A DNA stretch of 63,940 bases, filler included, from Chiloscyllium plagiosum (Eukaryota), in the NCBI RefSeq assembly GCF_004010195.1. It is 4 parts of one record of this genome, joined end to end, with 100 filler letters (N's around TTAATTAATTAA, not from the genome) between each part and the next. Parts side by side here need not be neighbours in the genome. Positions count along the whole stretch, not along the records: positions 1 to 26,135 come from NC_057712.1; 3 more parts are not named here. The stretch is one strand, 5' to 3'. Below are positions 13,808 through 26,135 of the stretch, piece by piece. Every line of letters begins with the position of its first letter. Within the stretch, counting starts at the first letter, position 1. The notes below the pieces were generated by a model. That model searched no databases. It saw only the letters and a list, made by a program, of their open reading frames with translations, and was not told where the DNA came from. The translations under genes and the position numbers were made by a program.

Positions 13808-14114
13808 GCTTGCTCATTCGTTTCAGAGGGCAGTTGATTGTCAACCACATTGCTGTGGGTCTGGTGTCACATGTAGGCCAGACCAGGTGAGGATGGCAGA
13901 TTTTCTTTCCTGAAGGACATTAGTGAACCAATTGAGTTTTCCTCCAAAATTTGACAATGGTTTCAGGGTCATCATTAGTCTCTTAGTCCCAGATATGTAT
14001 TGAATTCAAATTCCCCATCATATATTGAGTTAGGACTGGAGTCCAGGTCCCCATACGTTAGCTGAGCTCCTGGAACAATAATCTCATGATAATCCCTCGA
14101 AGCCATTGCCTCCA
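13808..14114 (-). mobile_element. SacSINE1-like DeuSINE
   Basis: Reverse complement contains Deu-domain TCACTAATGTCCTTCAGGAAAGAAAATCTGCCATCCTCACCTGGTCTGGCCTACATGTGACACCAGACCCACAGCAATGTGGTTGAC and a tRNA-like head. Confidence 0.75.
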
Positions 14115-14477
14115 CATGAATTGGATTACTTACTGTTTTCCTGTCCTAACCATAGTTGAAGTTATTTTCAGAGGCAGTTGGAGTGGAAGGAGTGACAGTG
14201 AGGACCAGAGGCCTGACAGGAAGGTAAATTTAAAATATATAAAACCTTACTTCATTATCAGGCGGAGTGCACACTAAGCAGGAGCAGATACGGGACTGCT
14301 GGGTAAGTAAGGCTTTATATTTGGAAGGTTGCTTTACCCGAAACACTACTCGGGTACTGTCTCCCACCCGTCCTTGTTCTCGAACAATAAAAATCCGTGC
14401 ACCAGATTGGTAAGGTGACTACTTTCTTTATTTTTTTAGTTTTTGAGTTGTCTCGTTGGGAATTTCGAATAGTGGGA

Positions 14478-15411
14478 ATGGAGGTTAGGACAGTTGAATG
14501 TTCCTCCTGTGGAATGTCGGAGGTAAGGTTCACCTTTAGCTTCACTGCCGACTGCACCTATGGGAAGTGCACCCAACTCCAGTTCCTCGAAAACCGTGTT
14601 AGGGAACTGGAGCTGGAGCTGGATGAACTTTGGATCATTCGGGAGGTGGAGGGGGTTATTGAGAGGAGTTACAGGAGGTAGTCACACCTCAGGTAAAAGA
14701 AGAAGGTAGATGGGTTACCGTCAGGGATCAGAAAGGGAAATGGCAGGCAGTGCAGGGATCTCCAATGGCCGTTCCCCTCAACAACAAGTATAATGTTTTG
14801 GATATTGCTGGGGGTGGGGGGGAAACTTACCAGGGATAAGCAATGGGGCACAGGTCTGCAGCACAGAGTCTGTCCCTGGTTGCTTAGAAGTGAAGGGGGA
14901 AGAGGAGCAGAACATTAGAAACTGGGGACTCCACAGTTAGCAGGACAGATAGGAGGTTCTGTGAGAATGAGAGAGACTCATGGTTCGTATGTTGCCTCCT
15001 AGGTGCCAGGGTTCGTAATCTCTCGGATCGTGTTTTCGGGATCCTTGAAGGGGAAAGGGAGCAGTCGTGGTCCACCTAGGCACCAATTACATAAGTAGGA
15101 AGAGAGATGGGGATTTAAGGCAGAAATTCAGGGAGCAAGGGTGGAAGCTTAGAGCTAGAACAAACAGAGTTGTTATCTCTGGTTTGCTGCCTGTGCCACG
15201 TGCTAATGAGGTGAGGAATAGGGAGAGAGAGGAGTTGAACACATGGCAACAGGGATGGTGCAGGAGGGAAGGTTTTGGATTCCTGGATAATCGGGGCTCT
15301 TTCTGGGGTAGGTGGGATCTCTACAAACAGGACAGTTTACACCTGAACCAAAGGAGTACCAATATTCTGGGGGGGAAATTTGCTAATGCTCATCGGGTGT
15401 GTTTAAACTAA
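14478..15411 (+). pseudogene. CR1 ORF1 (CxxC zinc finger + leucine zipper + SGNH esterase), frameshifted
   Basis: MEVRTVECSSCGM...KCTQLQFLENRVRELELELDEL; GDS, VHLGTN, DSLHLN SGNH blocks. Confidence 0.85.
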
Positions 15412-16142
15412 TTCAGCAGGAGGATGAGAACCTGATTGTAATTCAAATATAGAGGAGGTTGCGAGTAGTGAGGCCAGAACTAAGGTTTCAAGGTCGCAAG
15501 AAGGCACCGGCAAGCAAGAAGTTGGTTTGAAGTGTGTCTACTACACAGCCAGGAGCATCCGGAATAAGGTGGGTGAACTTGCAGCATGCATTGGTACCTG
15601 GGATTTCGATGTTGTGGCCATTTCAGAGACATGGCTAGAGGACGGACAGGAATGGTTGTTGCAAGTTCCGGGATTTACATGTTGCAGGAAGAACAGAGAA
15701 AATGGTAAAAGAGGGAGTGTTGTGGCATTGTTAGTCAAGGACAGTATTACGATCGCAAAAAGGATGTTTGAGGATTCATCTACTGAGGTAGTATGGACTG
15801 AGGCTAGAAACAGGAATGGAGAGGTCACCCTGTTGGGAGTTTTCTACAGGTCTCCGAATATTCCAGAGATGTAGAGGAAGGATAGCAAAGATGATTCTGG
15901 ATAGGAGCGAGAGTAACAGGGTAGTTGTTATGGGGTCTTTAACTTTCCAAATATTGACTGGGAATACTTGAACTATAGTACATTAGATGGGTCATTTTTT
16001 TGTCCAATGTGTGTAGAAGGGTTTCCTGACACAATATATAGACAGGCCAACAAGGGGCGAGGCCACATTGGATTTGATACTGGGTAATGAACCGAGCCAG
16101 GTGTTAGATTTGGAGGTAGGTGAGCACTTTGCTGATAGTGAC

Positions 16143-17323
16143 CACAATTCGGTTATGTTTGCTTTAGCAATGGAAAGGGATAGGTATATACTGCAGAGCA
16201 AAAGTTATAGAGGGGAGAAAAGGCAATTATGATGCGATTAAGCAAGATTTATGATGCATAGTATGGGGAAGAAAGTTGCAGGGAATGGGCACAGTTGAAG
16301 TGTGCAGCTTATTCAAGGACCAGCTACTGTGGGTCCTTGATAAGTTTGCACCTGTCAGACAGGGAGGAAGTTGTCGGGCGCAGGAGCTATGGTTTACATA
16401 GGAAGTTGAATCTCTTGTCAAGATGAAGAAGTAGGCTTATTTTATAGTGAGACATGCAGGCTGTTAGGGCTCTTACACAGACAGAGTGAGGCCTCAGAGA
16501 ACACAGAGAGCTTTCACTCTGCACAGCAAGGCTGTCATGGGAAACATCTGGTGAAAGGTTTGGAAGGAGGTGAAGAGGAGAGAGGCATGGGAAAAGAGAC
16601 CTGACAGTTCAAACTAAAAGCACTTCACATATTGCCATCATTTAATAAATTAATGTGAGAGGATTAGAGACCCATAACAGCTAGAGTGTGGTGGACCAGA
16701 GGCTCAAAGGTAGACAGCAAAGAGCTGCATTATTCCTTCTCGGGGCATTAATGTCATTGACAAGCCTTATAGTTATTGCCCATCTCCAGCTGCTCGGACT
16801 GAGTTCTTTGCTGCACCAGATCATGCGGCCGTAAAGAATGAATCACGTCACTGTGGGACTGGGGTCACAGACCGGGTGATGACTGGGATCCCTTGCCGAA
16901 AGAACATTTGTGAACATGACATTGAGTTTCATGGTTTTTGTTTGTACCCAGCCCAGCACCTTCCTTCCCAGAGTGGGAAGGCCACGTTGGGTTTGGTGCT
17001 GGGTAATGAAACTGGCCAGCACAATTCGGTTATGTTTGCTTTAGCAATGGAAAGGGATAGGTATATATTGCAGAGCAAAAGTTATAGAGGGGAGAAAAGG
17101 CAATTATGATGCGATTAAGCAAGATTTATGATGCATAGTATGGGGAAGAAAGTTGCAGGGAATGGGCACAGTTGAAATGTGCAGCTTATTCAAGGACCAG
17201 CTACTGTGGGTCCTTGATAAGTTTGCACCTGTCAGACAGGGAGGAAGTTGTCGGGCGCAGGAGCTATGGTTTACATAGGAAGTTGAATCTCTTGTCAAGA
17301 TGAAGAAGTAGGCTTATTTTATA
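16143..17323. repeat. ~304-bp direct duplication (16143-16446 / 17020-17323) flanking ~570 bp of other sequence
   Basis: Offset 877 bp; only two substitutions seen by eye; near-identical antisense ORFs 16227..16421 and 17104..17298. Confidence 0.9.
16745..16935 (-). mobile_element. Degenerate DeuSINE fragment
   Basis: TTATTGCCCATCTCC and CACTGTGGGACTGGGGTCACAGACCGGGT resemble 13840-13900. Confidence 0.5.
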
Positions 17324-17803
17324 ATGAGATGTGATGGCTCAGTTAGAGTGCTTGAGAGTTACAAGTTAGCCAGGAAAGACCTAAAGAGAAAGCTAAGAAG
17401 AGCTAGGAAGGGTCATGAGAAGTTGTTGGCGGATAGGATCAAGGAAAACCCTAAGGCTTTCAACAGGTGTATCAGGAATAAAAGAATGACTAGAGTAAGA
17501 TTAGGGGCATTCAAAGATAGTACTTGGAAGTTATGCGTGGAGTCAGAGGAGATAGGGGAAGTCCTTTCATCAGTATTCACACTAGAAAAAGAAAATGTGG
17601 TCGAGGAGAATACTGAAATACAGGCTACTAGACTAGATAGGATTGAGGTTCACAAAGAACAGGTGTTAGCAATTCTGGAAAGTATGAAAATACATAAGTC
17701 CCCTTGACCGGATAGTATTTGTCCGAGGATACTCTGGGAAATTAGGGAGGAGATTGCTGAGTCTTTGGCTTTGATCTGATGTCGTCATTGTCTCCAGGAA
17801 TAG

Positions 17804-17893
17804 TATCGAGAGTGTAATACTGGAAAAGCACAGCAGGTCAGGCAGCATCCGAGGAGCAGGAGAATCAATGCTTTGGGCATAAATCCTTCATAA
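17804..17893 (-). mobile_element. PLE family A short arm inserted in CR1 ORF2
   Basis: GGAAAAGCACAGCAGGTCAGGCAGCATCCGAGGAGCAGGAGAATC; flanked by AGGAATAGT / AGGAACAGT. Confidence 0.8.
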
Positions 17894-19424
17894 GGAACAG
17901 TGCCAGAAGACTCAAGGATAGCAAATGTTGTTCCCTTGTTCAAGAAGGGGAGTAGAGACAACCCTGGTAATTATAGACCTGTGAGCCTTCCTTTGATTCT
18001 GGGAAAATGTTGGAAAGGCTTATAAAAGATAGGATTTATAATCATCCAGAAAGGAATAAGTTGATTAGGGATTGTCAATACGGTTTTGTGAAGGGTAGGT
18101 CATGCCTCATAGGTCATGCCTTAATGAGTTCTTTCAGAAGGTGACCAAACAGGTGGATTAGCGTAAAGCCATTGATGTGGTGTATATGAATTTCAGTAAG
18201 GCATTTGATAAGGTTCCCCGCAGTACGCTTTTGAACAAAATATGGAAACATGGGATTGAGAGTGATTGAGCGTTTTGATTCAGACATTGGCTAGCTGAAA
18301 GAAGACAGAGGGTGGTGGTTGCTGGGAAATGTGCATCCTGGAGTTCAGTTACTCATGGGGTACCGCAAGGATCTGTTTTGAATCCACTGTTGTTTATCAT
18401 TTTTATAAATAACATGAATGAGGGCATAGAAGGATGGGTTAGCAATTTTGCAGATGACACTAAGATCGGTAGAGTTGCGGAAAGTGACGAAGGGTATTGT
18501 AGGTTACAGATGAACATAGATAAGCTGGAGAGCTGGGCTGAGAGGTGGCAAATGGAGATTAATGCGCAAAATTTGAGGTGATGCACTTTGGAAGGCATAA
18601 CAGGAATGTAGAGTACTGGGCTTATGGTAAGATTCTTGGCAGTGTAGATGAGCAGAGAAATTTTGATGTCCAGGTACATTGATCCTTGGAAATTGCCAAC
18701 CAGGTTGATAAGGCTGTTAAGAAGGCATATAGTGTGTTAGCTTTTATTAGTACAGGGATTGAGTTTCGGAACCATGAGGTCATGCTGCAGCTGTACAAAA
18801 TTCTGGTACAGCCACACTTGGAGTATTGTGTACAGTTCTGGTCACTGCATTGTAGGAAGGATGTGGAAGCTTTGGAAAGAGTTCAGAGGAGATTTACTAG
18901 GATGTTGCTTGGTATGGAGGGAAGGACTTATGAGGAAAGGCCGAGGGACTTGAGGCTGTTTTCATTAGAGAGAAGAAGATTGAGAGGTGACTTAATTGAG
19001 ACATATAAGATTATCAGAGGGTTAGCTAAATTGGACAGTGAGAGCCTTTTTCCTCAGATAGTAATGGCTAGCATGAGGGGACATAGCTTCAATTGAGGGG
19101 TGATAGATATAGGACAGATGTCAGAGGCAGTTTCTTTAATCAGAGAGTAGTAGGTGCATGGAAGGCACTGCCTGCAACAGTAGTAAACCCGCCAACTTTA
19201 AAGGCATTTAAATTGTCATATTGGATAGGCATACAGACAAGAATGGAATAGTGTAGGTTAGATTTGTTCCACAGGTCGGCGCAGCATCGAGGGCCGAGGG
19301 GCCTGTACTGTGCTGTAATGTTTCATAGAAGTGTTTTTTTCAAATTATCTTTTCCCTTTTAAACATAAGCATTGGTGTGATTTGCCAACAGTGTTTGTGA
19401 TGTTCAATATAAAAAGCATCTTGG

Positions 19425-19735
19425 GAAGGTGGCATAGTGGTAATACCACTAGACTCGAAACCCAGCATCTCAGGCTAGCATCTGTAAATATGGGCTCAAG
19501 TCTCACAGGATGGATGGGAACGTTTAATTAAAAATATGGAGTTTAGGAAAACAGCTTCACCTAATGACAATCATGTAACCTCAGTTGACTGTTGGGAAAA
19601 ACAATCAAATTCATTAATGGTCTCAGGAAGCAAATCTTGCCACCCTTACATGTTCTGATTCCAGATGCACAGCCACATGATTGAATCTCAATTGGCCAAT
19701 AAAGCTGGACTAGCCAGTAGTATCCAAATCTGAAG
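19425..19735 (+). mobile_element. SacSINE1-like DeuSINE, diverged
   Basis: GGTGGCATAGTGGTAATACCACTAGACT head; Deu-like core; tail CAATAAAGCTGGACTAGCCAG. Confidence 0.65.
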
Positions 19736-19904
19736 AATTAATTTCTTTATTTAAAAATTCTTCAGTCTTAATACAAAATGGAGTTTTTGACTGCACTCAG
19801 AACCTGAGAAATTGATTGACTGCACACCCTATACATACAGAGGACAGAAAAAAGGGACCCAGAGAAGTTACAAATTTTTTAAAGTTAAAGGTATTGGATT
19901 TGGT

Positions 19905-20822
19905 GTAAGAAATCAGAGTTTGCTAGAATAATTCAGCGGGTCTGGCTGCAGCTAGGAGAGTTCCTGGCTGATAATGGCTTGTAGCTGGTAACAACCCATG
20001 TGATTACAGGGCTTGTGCGTATGGGCTGGGGTAAGGACATTGGAGAAGGTGCTCAGGCCTTAACATTGTTGAACTTGATATTAAGTTCAGAAGGTTGCAG
20101 AGTTCCCTCGTTGAAAACGTGATGGTGTTCTTCCACATTGTGCTGGAGCACTGTGGCAAGCCCGAGAAAGAAATGTTGGCCAAGATCACCATTAGCAGCT
20201 ATTCATTCTTCCATGCTGACCTTTACCCATTCCTTTGTCGAACTGTTTAGATTAGAGTCCCTACAGTATGGAAACAGGCCATTAGGCCCAACAAGTCCAC
20301 ACCAACCCTCTGAAGAGTAATCTGCCCAGGCCTATTCCCTACCCTATATTTACCCCTGACTAATGCACCTAACACTATGGGCAATTTAGCATGGCCAATT
20401 CACCTGACCTGCACATCCTTGGATTGTAGGAGAAAACCGGAACACCCGGAGAAAACCCACTCAAACACGGGGAGAATGCGCACACTCCACACAGACAGAC
20501 GCCCGTGGAGAGAATCAAACCCGAAAACCTAGTGCTGTGAGGCAGCAGTGCTAACTACTGAGCCGCCATGCTGCCCCAAACTGTTTTTCTTTTTCTCTCT
20601 CTGGGCTCCATCTTTATCAATAGTTTATTTCTCTACCCTCCCCCCGACCCATCTTCAGCATATATACCAACCTGTTCCCAGCTACAATCAGTTCTGAAGA
20701 AGGGTCACTGGATCTGAAACAGTAATTCTGCTTTCTCTCCATAGATGCTGCCAGACCTGTGGAGATTTTCCAGCAATTTCTGATTTTGTTTCTGATTTCC
20801 AGCATCCACAGTTCTGTGTTTT
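19905..20822. mobile_element. PLE family C inverted insertion (minus arm with ORF C-terminus; plus arm with hammerhead), split by HE1
   Basis: Minus 20055-20185 translates ...EEHHHVFNEGTLQPSELNIKFNN (end of a PLE GIY-YIG-type ORF); plus 20694 CTGAAGA A GGGTC ACTG GATCT GAAA. Confidence 0.7.
20247..20577 (-). mobile_element. HE1 V-SINE
   Basis: Reverse GGCAGCATGGCGGCTCAGTAGTTAGCACTGCTGCCTCACAGC head, V-domain, HER1-like tail. Confidence 0.9.
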
Positions 20823-21161
20823 TTTTGTTCCAAATTAATTTATATTAATGAGCTCAGTAAGTCTGTGCTCATTTGAGTTTTTTTCATTTGACTGTGTACA
20901 GAAGTCCCTTACACAGGAGCTCAAATACAGTTGAATTGATGGTGAAGGTGTAGTTCTTGCAAGATGGCAATTGGTTTACTTCTCGAGTGAAGTACAGTTT
21001 TCTTTCCGGAAATCAGACCTTTGAGAGATATTGAGACCAGAGGTTAGCATTTAGCTAAGCCTGGAACTGTTTGCTCTTCGATGTTAGAAGCAGACAGACA
21101 CGTGAAAATCAAAGCTGTGTAACTAAAAGTTAGTTCAAACAAGCTGTAAGTTTAGTCATGT

Positions 21162-22093
21162 AGAGCAGTAGATGTGATCTATATGGACTTCAGTAAGGCG
21201 TTCGACAAGGTTCCCCATGGGAGACTGATTAGCAAGGTTAGATCTCATGGAATACAGGGAGAACTAGCCATTTGGATACAGAACTGGCTCAAAGGTAGAA
21301 GACAGAGGGTGGTGGTGGAGGGTTGTTTTTCACTCTGGAGGCCTGTGACCAGTGGAGTGCCGCAAGGATCATTGCTGGGTGCACTACTTTTTGTCATTTA
21401 CATAAATGAATCGGATGCAAGCATAAGAGGTACAGTTAGTAAATTTGCAGATGACACCAAAATTGAGGTGTAGTGGACAACGAAGAGGGTTACCTCAGAT
21501 TACAACAGAATCTGGACCAATGGGCTGAGAAGTGGCAGATGGAGTTTAATTCAGATAAGGTCTCCTTCCTATCGGAAAGATGTTGTGAAACTTGAAGGGG
21601 TTCAGAAAAGATTGACAAGGATGTTGCCAGAGTTGGAGGATCTGAGCTACAGGGAGAGGCTGAACAGGCTGGGGCTGTTTTCCCCGGAGTGTCGGAGGCT
21701 GAGAGGTGACCTTATAGTGGTTTACAAAATTATGTGGGGCTTGGATAGGACAAATAGACAAAGTCTTTTCCCTGAGGTTGGGGAGTCCAGAACTAGAGGG
21801 CATCGGTTTAGGGTGAGAGGGTAAAGATATAAAAGAGACCTAAGGAGTAACGTTTTCACACAGAAGGTGGTACGTGTATGGAAATAGCTGCCAGAGGATA
21901 TGGTGGAGGCTGGTACAATTGCAACATTTAAGAGGCATTTGGATGGGTATATGAATAGGAAGGGTTTGGAGGGATATGGGCCGGATGCTGGCAGGTGGGA
22001 CTAGATTGGGTTGGGATATCTGGTCGGCATGGAAAGGTTGGACCGAAGGGTCTGTTTCCGTGCTGTACATCTCTATGACTCTATGACTCTATG
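21162..22093 (+). mobile_element. HER1/CR1 3' part with internal deletion near 21557
   Basis: YMDFSKAFDKVPH...GVPQGS...KFADDTK; tail (CTCTATGA)n. Confidence 0.95.
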
Positions 22094-22469
22094 TGACCAG
22101 TTGAAGCACTCAGTCAACAAGATAGATTTGATGTTCCTTTATCAGAAACCATTATGTTCCGTATCAGATAACTGTGGTCACATCTGTGTTAAATTAAGCA
22201 ACAATGGGCTTTTAACAGTATCATTTTTACAGAACTGGTTGAATTAGATATATTGTCTTCTGATCCTTTGTATTGGCTAGAAGGTTCATTTAATGCAAGA
22301 GGTGTCATATTCATTTTTGACCTGGAAATTTCTGAAGATAGTCAAAATGCTTCTTCCGGGTACAATGATCAGCCATTTTAACATTCAATTAAAGTCCATC
22401 TTTGAAAAAGAATTTAAATGAAACAATGTGGCTTTAAATAAATATTTTACAATCACTCTTAAATAAAAC

Positions 22470-22800
22470 AAACAATAGGAGATGCTGAAAATTTGAAACA
22501 AAACTAGAAATTGCTGGCGAAACTCTGCAGGTCTTCAGTATCTATTGGGAGAAAGCAGAGTTAACATTTAAACTCTTCATCAGAATTGACAGCAGCTTGG
22601 AAAGTGGTATTTGTACTGAAGCTGAGGTTGGGGCTGGGGGATAGGTGAGCAGATTGTTGGAGTCAGAGCCCAGGGAGAGGTCCACTATCATAAAGTGTAG
22701 TTATGAAGGAATAGCTTAGATACAGATAAATAGAAACTATAGATAAGGATAAGAGAGAGAAAGGAAGATGAAGGGAGTGAAAGAGAAAGAGCTTGTGTGG
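22470..22800 (-). mobile_element. Old PLE family C-like terminal fragment
   Basis: AGATGCTGAAAATTTGAAACAAAACTAGAAATTGCTGG...GAGTTAACATTT..CTTCATCAGAA then purine-rich 3' UTR. Confidence 0.55.
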
Positions 22801-22813
22801 TGCATACAAATTA

Positions 22814-22989
22814 ATGATGTGGAGGTGCCAGTGTCCATCTGGGGTGGACAAAGTTAAAAATCACACAATACCAGGTTATTGTCCAACAGGTTTATTTGGA
22901 AGTACCTCTTAATTCGGAGCAGCGTTCTCAAAGCTATTACTTCCAAATAAACCTGTTGGACTATAACCTGGTGTGTGGTTTTTAACTTT
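22814..22989. mobile_element. PLE family B mini fold-back
   Basis: AAAGTTAAAAATCACAC..CCAGGTTATTGTCCAACAGGTTTATTTGGAAGTA and its inverse; flanked by ATACAAAT (22804-22811 / 22990-22997). Confidence 0.85.
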
Positions 22990-23125
22990 ATACAAATAAA
23001 GTCAGAGCAATTAGACCTATTAGGTCTATTTCTGTGTCGCACGTTTTGATATTTGAGTTAGCCTTCAACAATTTTCCATGCAAAGATGAAAATCTTAAAT
23101 TGCACAATACTCTAATTTCCCAAGT

Positions 23126-23813
23126 TAAAAATCACACAACACCAGGTTATAGTCCAACAAGTTTAATTGGAAGCACTAGCTTTCAGAGCGCTGCTCCTTA
23201 ATCAGGTGGTTGTGGAGTACACAATTGAAAGACGCAGAATTTATAGCAAAAGTTTACAGTGTGATGTAACTGAAATTATACATTGAAAAATACCTTGATT
23301 GTTTGTTGAGTCTTTCATCTGTTCGAATACCACGATTGTTTCACTTTTCTTATGTAAATCACAAAACCTTTTTTTAAAAGTTACATTCTCAGGTTAACTG
23401 TAACAATTGGTGTCGGCCCAGATAAGATGTTGAAGGTGTTAGCCCCCTGTGTGCTGCTGTCTGTGCCATAATGTTTAGACTGATTCTAATCTAAAAAGTG
23501 AGTTAACAGAGTCTTACATGGATTCATGCAGTTTTTGAGCAAAGTACAATGTATCTCTGCAAGTTCAAATTCACCCCTGAGTATCTGTGAGAGAGACACA
23601 CATTTTTCAATGTATAATTTCAGTTACATCACACTGTAAATTTTTTGCTATAAATTCTGTGTCTGACAATTGTGTCCTCCACAACCATCTGATGAAGGAG
23701 TACCGCTCCGAAAGCTAGTGTGCTTCCAATTAAACCTGTTGGACTATAACCTGGTGTTGTGTGATTTTTAAATTTGTACATCCCAGTCCAACACCGGCAT
23801 CTCCAAATCATGA
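23126..23813. mobile_element. PLE family B fold-back insertion with 14-bp TSD
   Basis: ~165-bp inverted arms; TSD CTAATTTCCCAAGT at 23112-23125 and 23814-23827. Confidence 0.9.
23686..23722 (+). ncRNA. Minimal type-I hammerhead ribozyme motif (intact core)
   Basis: cat CTGATGA A GGAGT acc GCTCC GAAA GC TA^ GTG: conserved core, stem II, palindromic AGCT stem III, short stem I. Confidence 0.7.
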
Positions 23814-24819
23814 CTAATTTCCCAAGTAGGTTATACAGTTTGATGAAAGATTGACATTTCTCTGATTTGTCTCCTGGTATTTGCCAGTTTTTTCAACAGA
23901 AGAGATAATCAAGCAGGGATACCTTTGGATGGCCCCTGCAATCTCCAGGAAACAATACAATTACAATTTAATCTGCAAGTATATATATGTAAAAGAAACC
24001 TCAAACTGGATAACTCTAGTCAGGATCAGCACAGTTCAAGTTCTTGAATATTGTATTTTTGAACAATTCAGAATGAGCGATCATTCACTTATTCCTGATA
24101 TCATTAGACAAAGCAGACAACCCTCCATAGAAACATGACCAACATTAGTTACAGGATATTGATGTTCCATAGCATGCTCAGCAATAACTTAATGTCTAGC
24201 AGCACTGCAAGGAAGGGCTCTGTCTTCAGTCCCTTCAGTTTCTAAAGTTGCAGTTACTTTGCCACTGTTTTGCTTGCCAGAAACTAAAAGCTAGTCATGT
24301 CTGGGAAATGTTATCTTGCATCATGGACATTATTCATAACCACAATTCCTTTCATCTTGAGACTAACTTACTTATTGGAGATAACTAGTCCTGGTTGCAA
24401 ACTAGATTTGATTGCACTTCTACACATGTGCATTGCAGCCCTCAGTAGAATCAGGAATCTTACATCAAGCCTTACCACATTCTTCCACAGAAATCCATAT
24501 GCTTTGGCCCAAGTATTCAATTTAGAAGTAGGCCTAGTCTAATCCCATATGATGCACATCAAACAATAAATATCTCTGTGCTTTACAGTCTGTAAAAGCT
24601 GTGAATGTTTTTCCTTGTTACAACATCAGTGTATGAGCTAGGGCAAAGGCTGAATTTTCATTCTTTGTATTCATTGCTTTAATCAGAAATACTTGCTATT
24701 TCACTTCCATTTCATTTTGCTTTGTTTCTTTTTCAAACGCGTTTATAGTGCGTTTTGGAAAAACTAAAAGTTACATTAACAACCTTACATAAAATTATTA
24801 ATGGACATATAGTAAGTGT

Positions 24820-24916
24820 AGTCAAAAAGTGTAGCTCTAGAAAAGCATAGCAGGTCAGGCAGCATCTAAGGAGCAGGAGAATTGACATTTCGGGCATAAG
24901 CCCTTCATCAGGAATG
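24820..24916 (-). mobile_element. PLE family A arm with hammerhead core
   Basis: Minus: cattc CTGATGA A GGGC ttat GCCC GAAA TG TC. Confidence 0.8.
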
Positions 24917-24977
24917 TAATGAGGACAGCAAAGAGAGAAACAGACCATTAGACGGACAACAGACACAACAAGAAGTA

Positions 24978-25113
24978 GGAGAAGGTGAGGACTGCAGATG
25001 CTGGAGATCAGAGCTGAAAAATGTGTTGCTGGAAAAGCGCAGCAGGTCAGGCAGCATCAAAGGAGCAGGAGAATCGATGTTTCGGGCATGAGCCCTTCTT
25101 CAGGAACTTCTGT
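24978..25113 (-). mobile_element. PLE family A full 3' terminus with 13-bp TSD
   Basis: TSD ACAACAAGAAGTA at 24965-24977 and 25114-25126; minus CTGAAGA A GGGC tcat GCCC GAAA CA TC GA. Confidence 0.88.
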
Positions 25114-25732
25114 ACAACAAGAAGTATCATGACAATCACACTGTTTGTATCAAGGATTACATCATGAAGAGAATGAAACAACAAATGATAAAGTACTATG
25201 AATTAGAAGAATTACAAATATTTCAGTTGAGAACAATTTGTTAAACCTCACTATTAAAGATTCTATCTTGTAAATACATACATTCCTTGAGCAGATCTCC
25301 AGTGTTGTTGCTAAAGGAAAATACAGATAGAACATGGGAGTAGAAACGGGGGAGGGAAAGGTACAAACATCCAAATGTCCAATGATAAGGTTTGTGAAAG
25401 AACTGCCCACTATGATTGTTTAGCTCATTTGTTTCAATAAAAATAAAGAAATGAAATTCTTCCCCCACTGCTTCCAACTTGCCCAACTCAAGGCATTCCA
25501 ATCTAAATCACCTCTATGGCAGGTCCACACCAGACTGAGAGAAATATGCACAAGAAAGAATTATCATGGATCAATTTCAAACATTGGCATTGTTTCCTTT
25601 GAGCAGTTCAGTACAAACGACAAGCTAGAAAGACCAATTTAACCAACCACAAATCTTGATGCCACTGTGGAAAGACTTGTAGAACTACAAGTGGGCACCA
25701 AAGTCACATTAGAACACATCCAGAGACGACTT

Positions 25733-26135
25733 TACACATCTTCCTATCGCCCCCTCGACCATGACCCCACCCCCCATCACCAAACCATCATCTCCCAGAC
25801 CATACAGAACCTCATCACCTCAGGAGATCTCCCACCCATAGCTTCCAACCTCATATGCCGGGAACCCCGCACTGCCCGGTTCTACCTCCTTCTCAAGATC
25901 CACAAACCTGGCCATCCTGGCCGACACATTGTCTCAGCATGCTCCCGCCCCACTCAACTCATTTCTACCTACCTCAACACTGTCCTATCCCCCCTAGTCC
26001 AGGAACTCCCCACATATGTTCGAGACACCACCCACGCCCTCCACCTCCTCCAAGACTTCCGTTTCCCCGGCCCCCAACGCCTCATCTTCACCATGGATAT
26101 CCAATCCCTCTACACCTCCATCCACCATGACCAGG
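25733..26135 (+). mobile_element. Penelope-like element reverse transcriptase fragment, open up to the gap
   Basis: YRPLDHDPT...PRTARFYLLLKIHKPGHPGRHIVS...YVRDTT...FTMDIQSLYTSI are PLE RT motifs. Confidence 0.9.

Larger units (their letters stand above)
15527..19240 (+). pseudogene. CR1 ORF2 (APE endonuclease + reverse transcriptase), disrupted
   Basis: [53 protein letters not shown]; many stops and frameshifts. Confidence 0.9.
14170..19325 (+). mobile_element. Near full-length CR1 LINE (5' UTR, ORF1, ORF2, 3' tail), decayed, with internal duplication and PLE insertion
   Basis: Colinear ORF1 (zinc finger/leucine zipper/SGNH), APE endonuclease, RT and tail GAGGGCCGAGGGGCCTGTACTGTGCTGT; 5' boundary approximate. 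Confidence 0.88.

Noticed and set aside
21540..21580. Recurring internal deletions in HER1 copies (21557, 31455, 54985, 55200) as a spliced subfamily
   Set aside because: Breakpoints differ between copies and show no consistent GT-AG; likely independent deletions or assembly collapse
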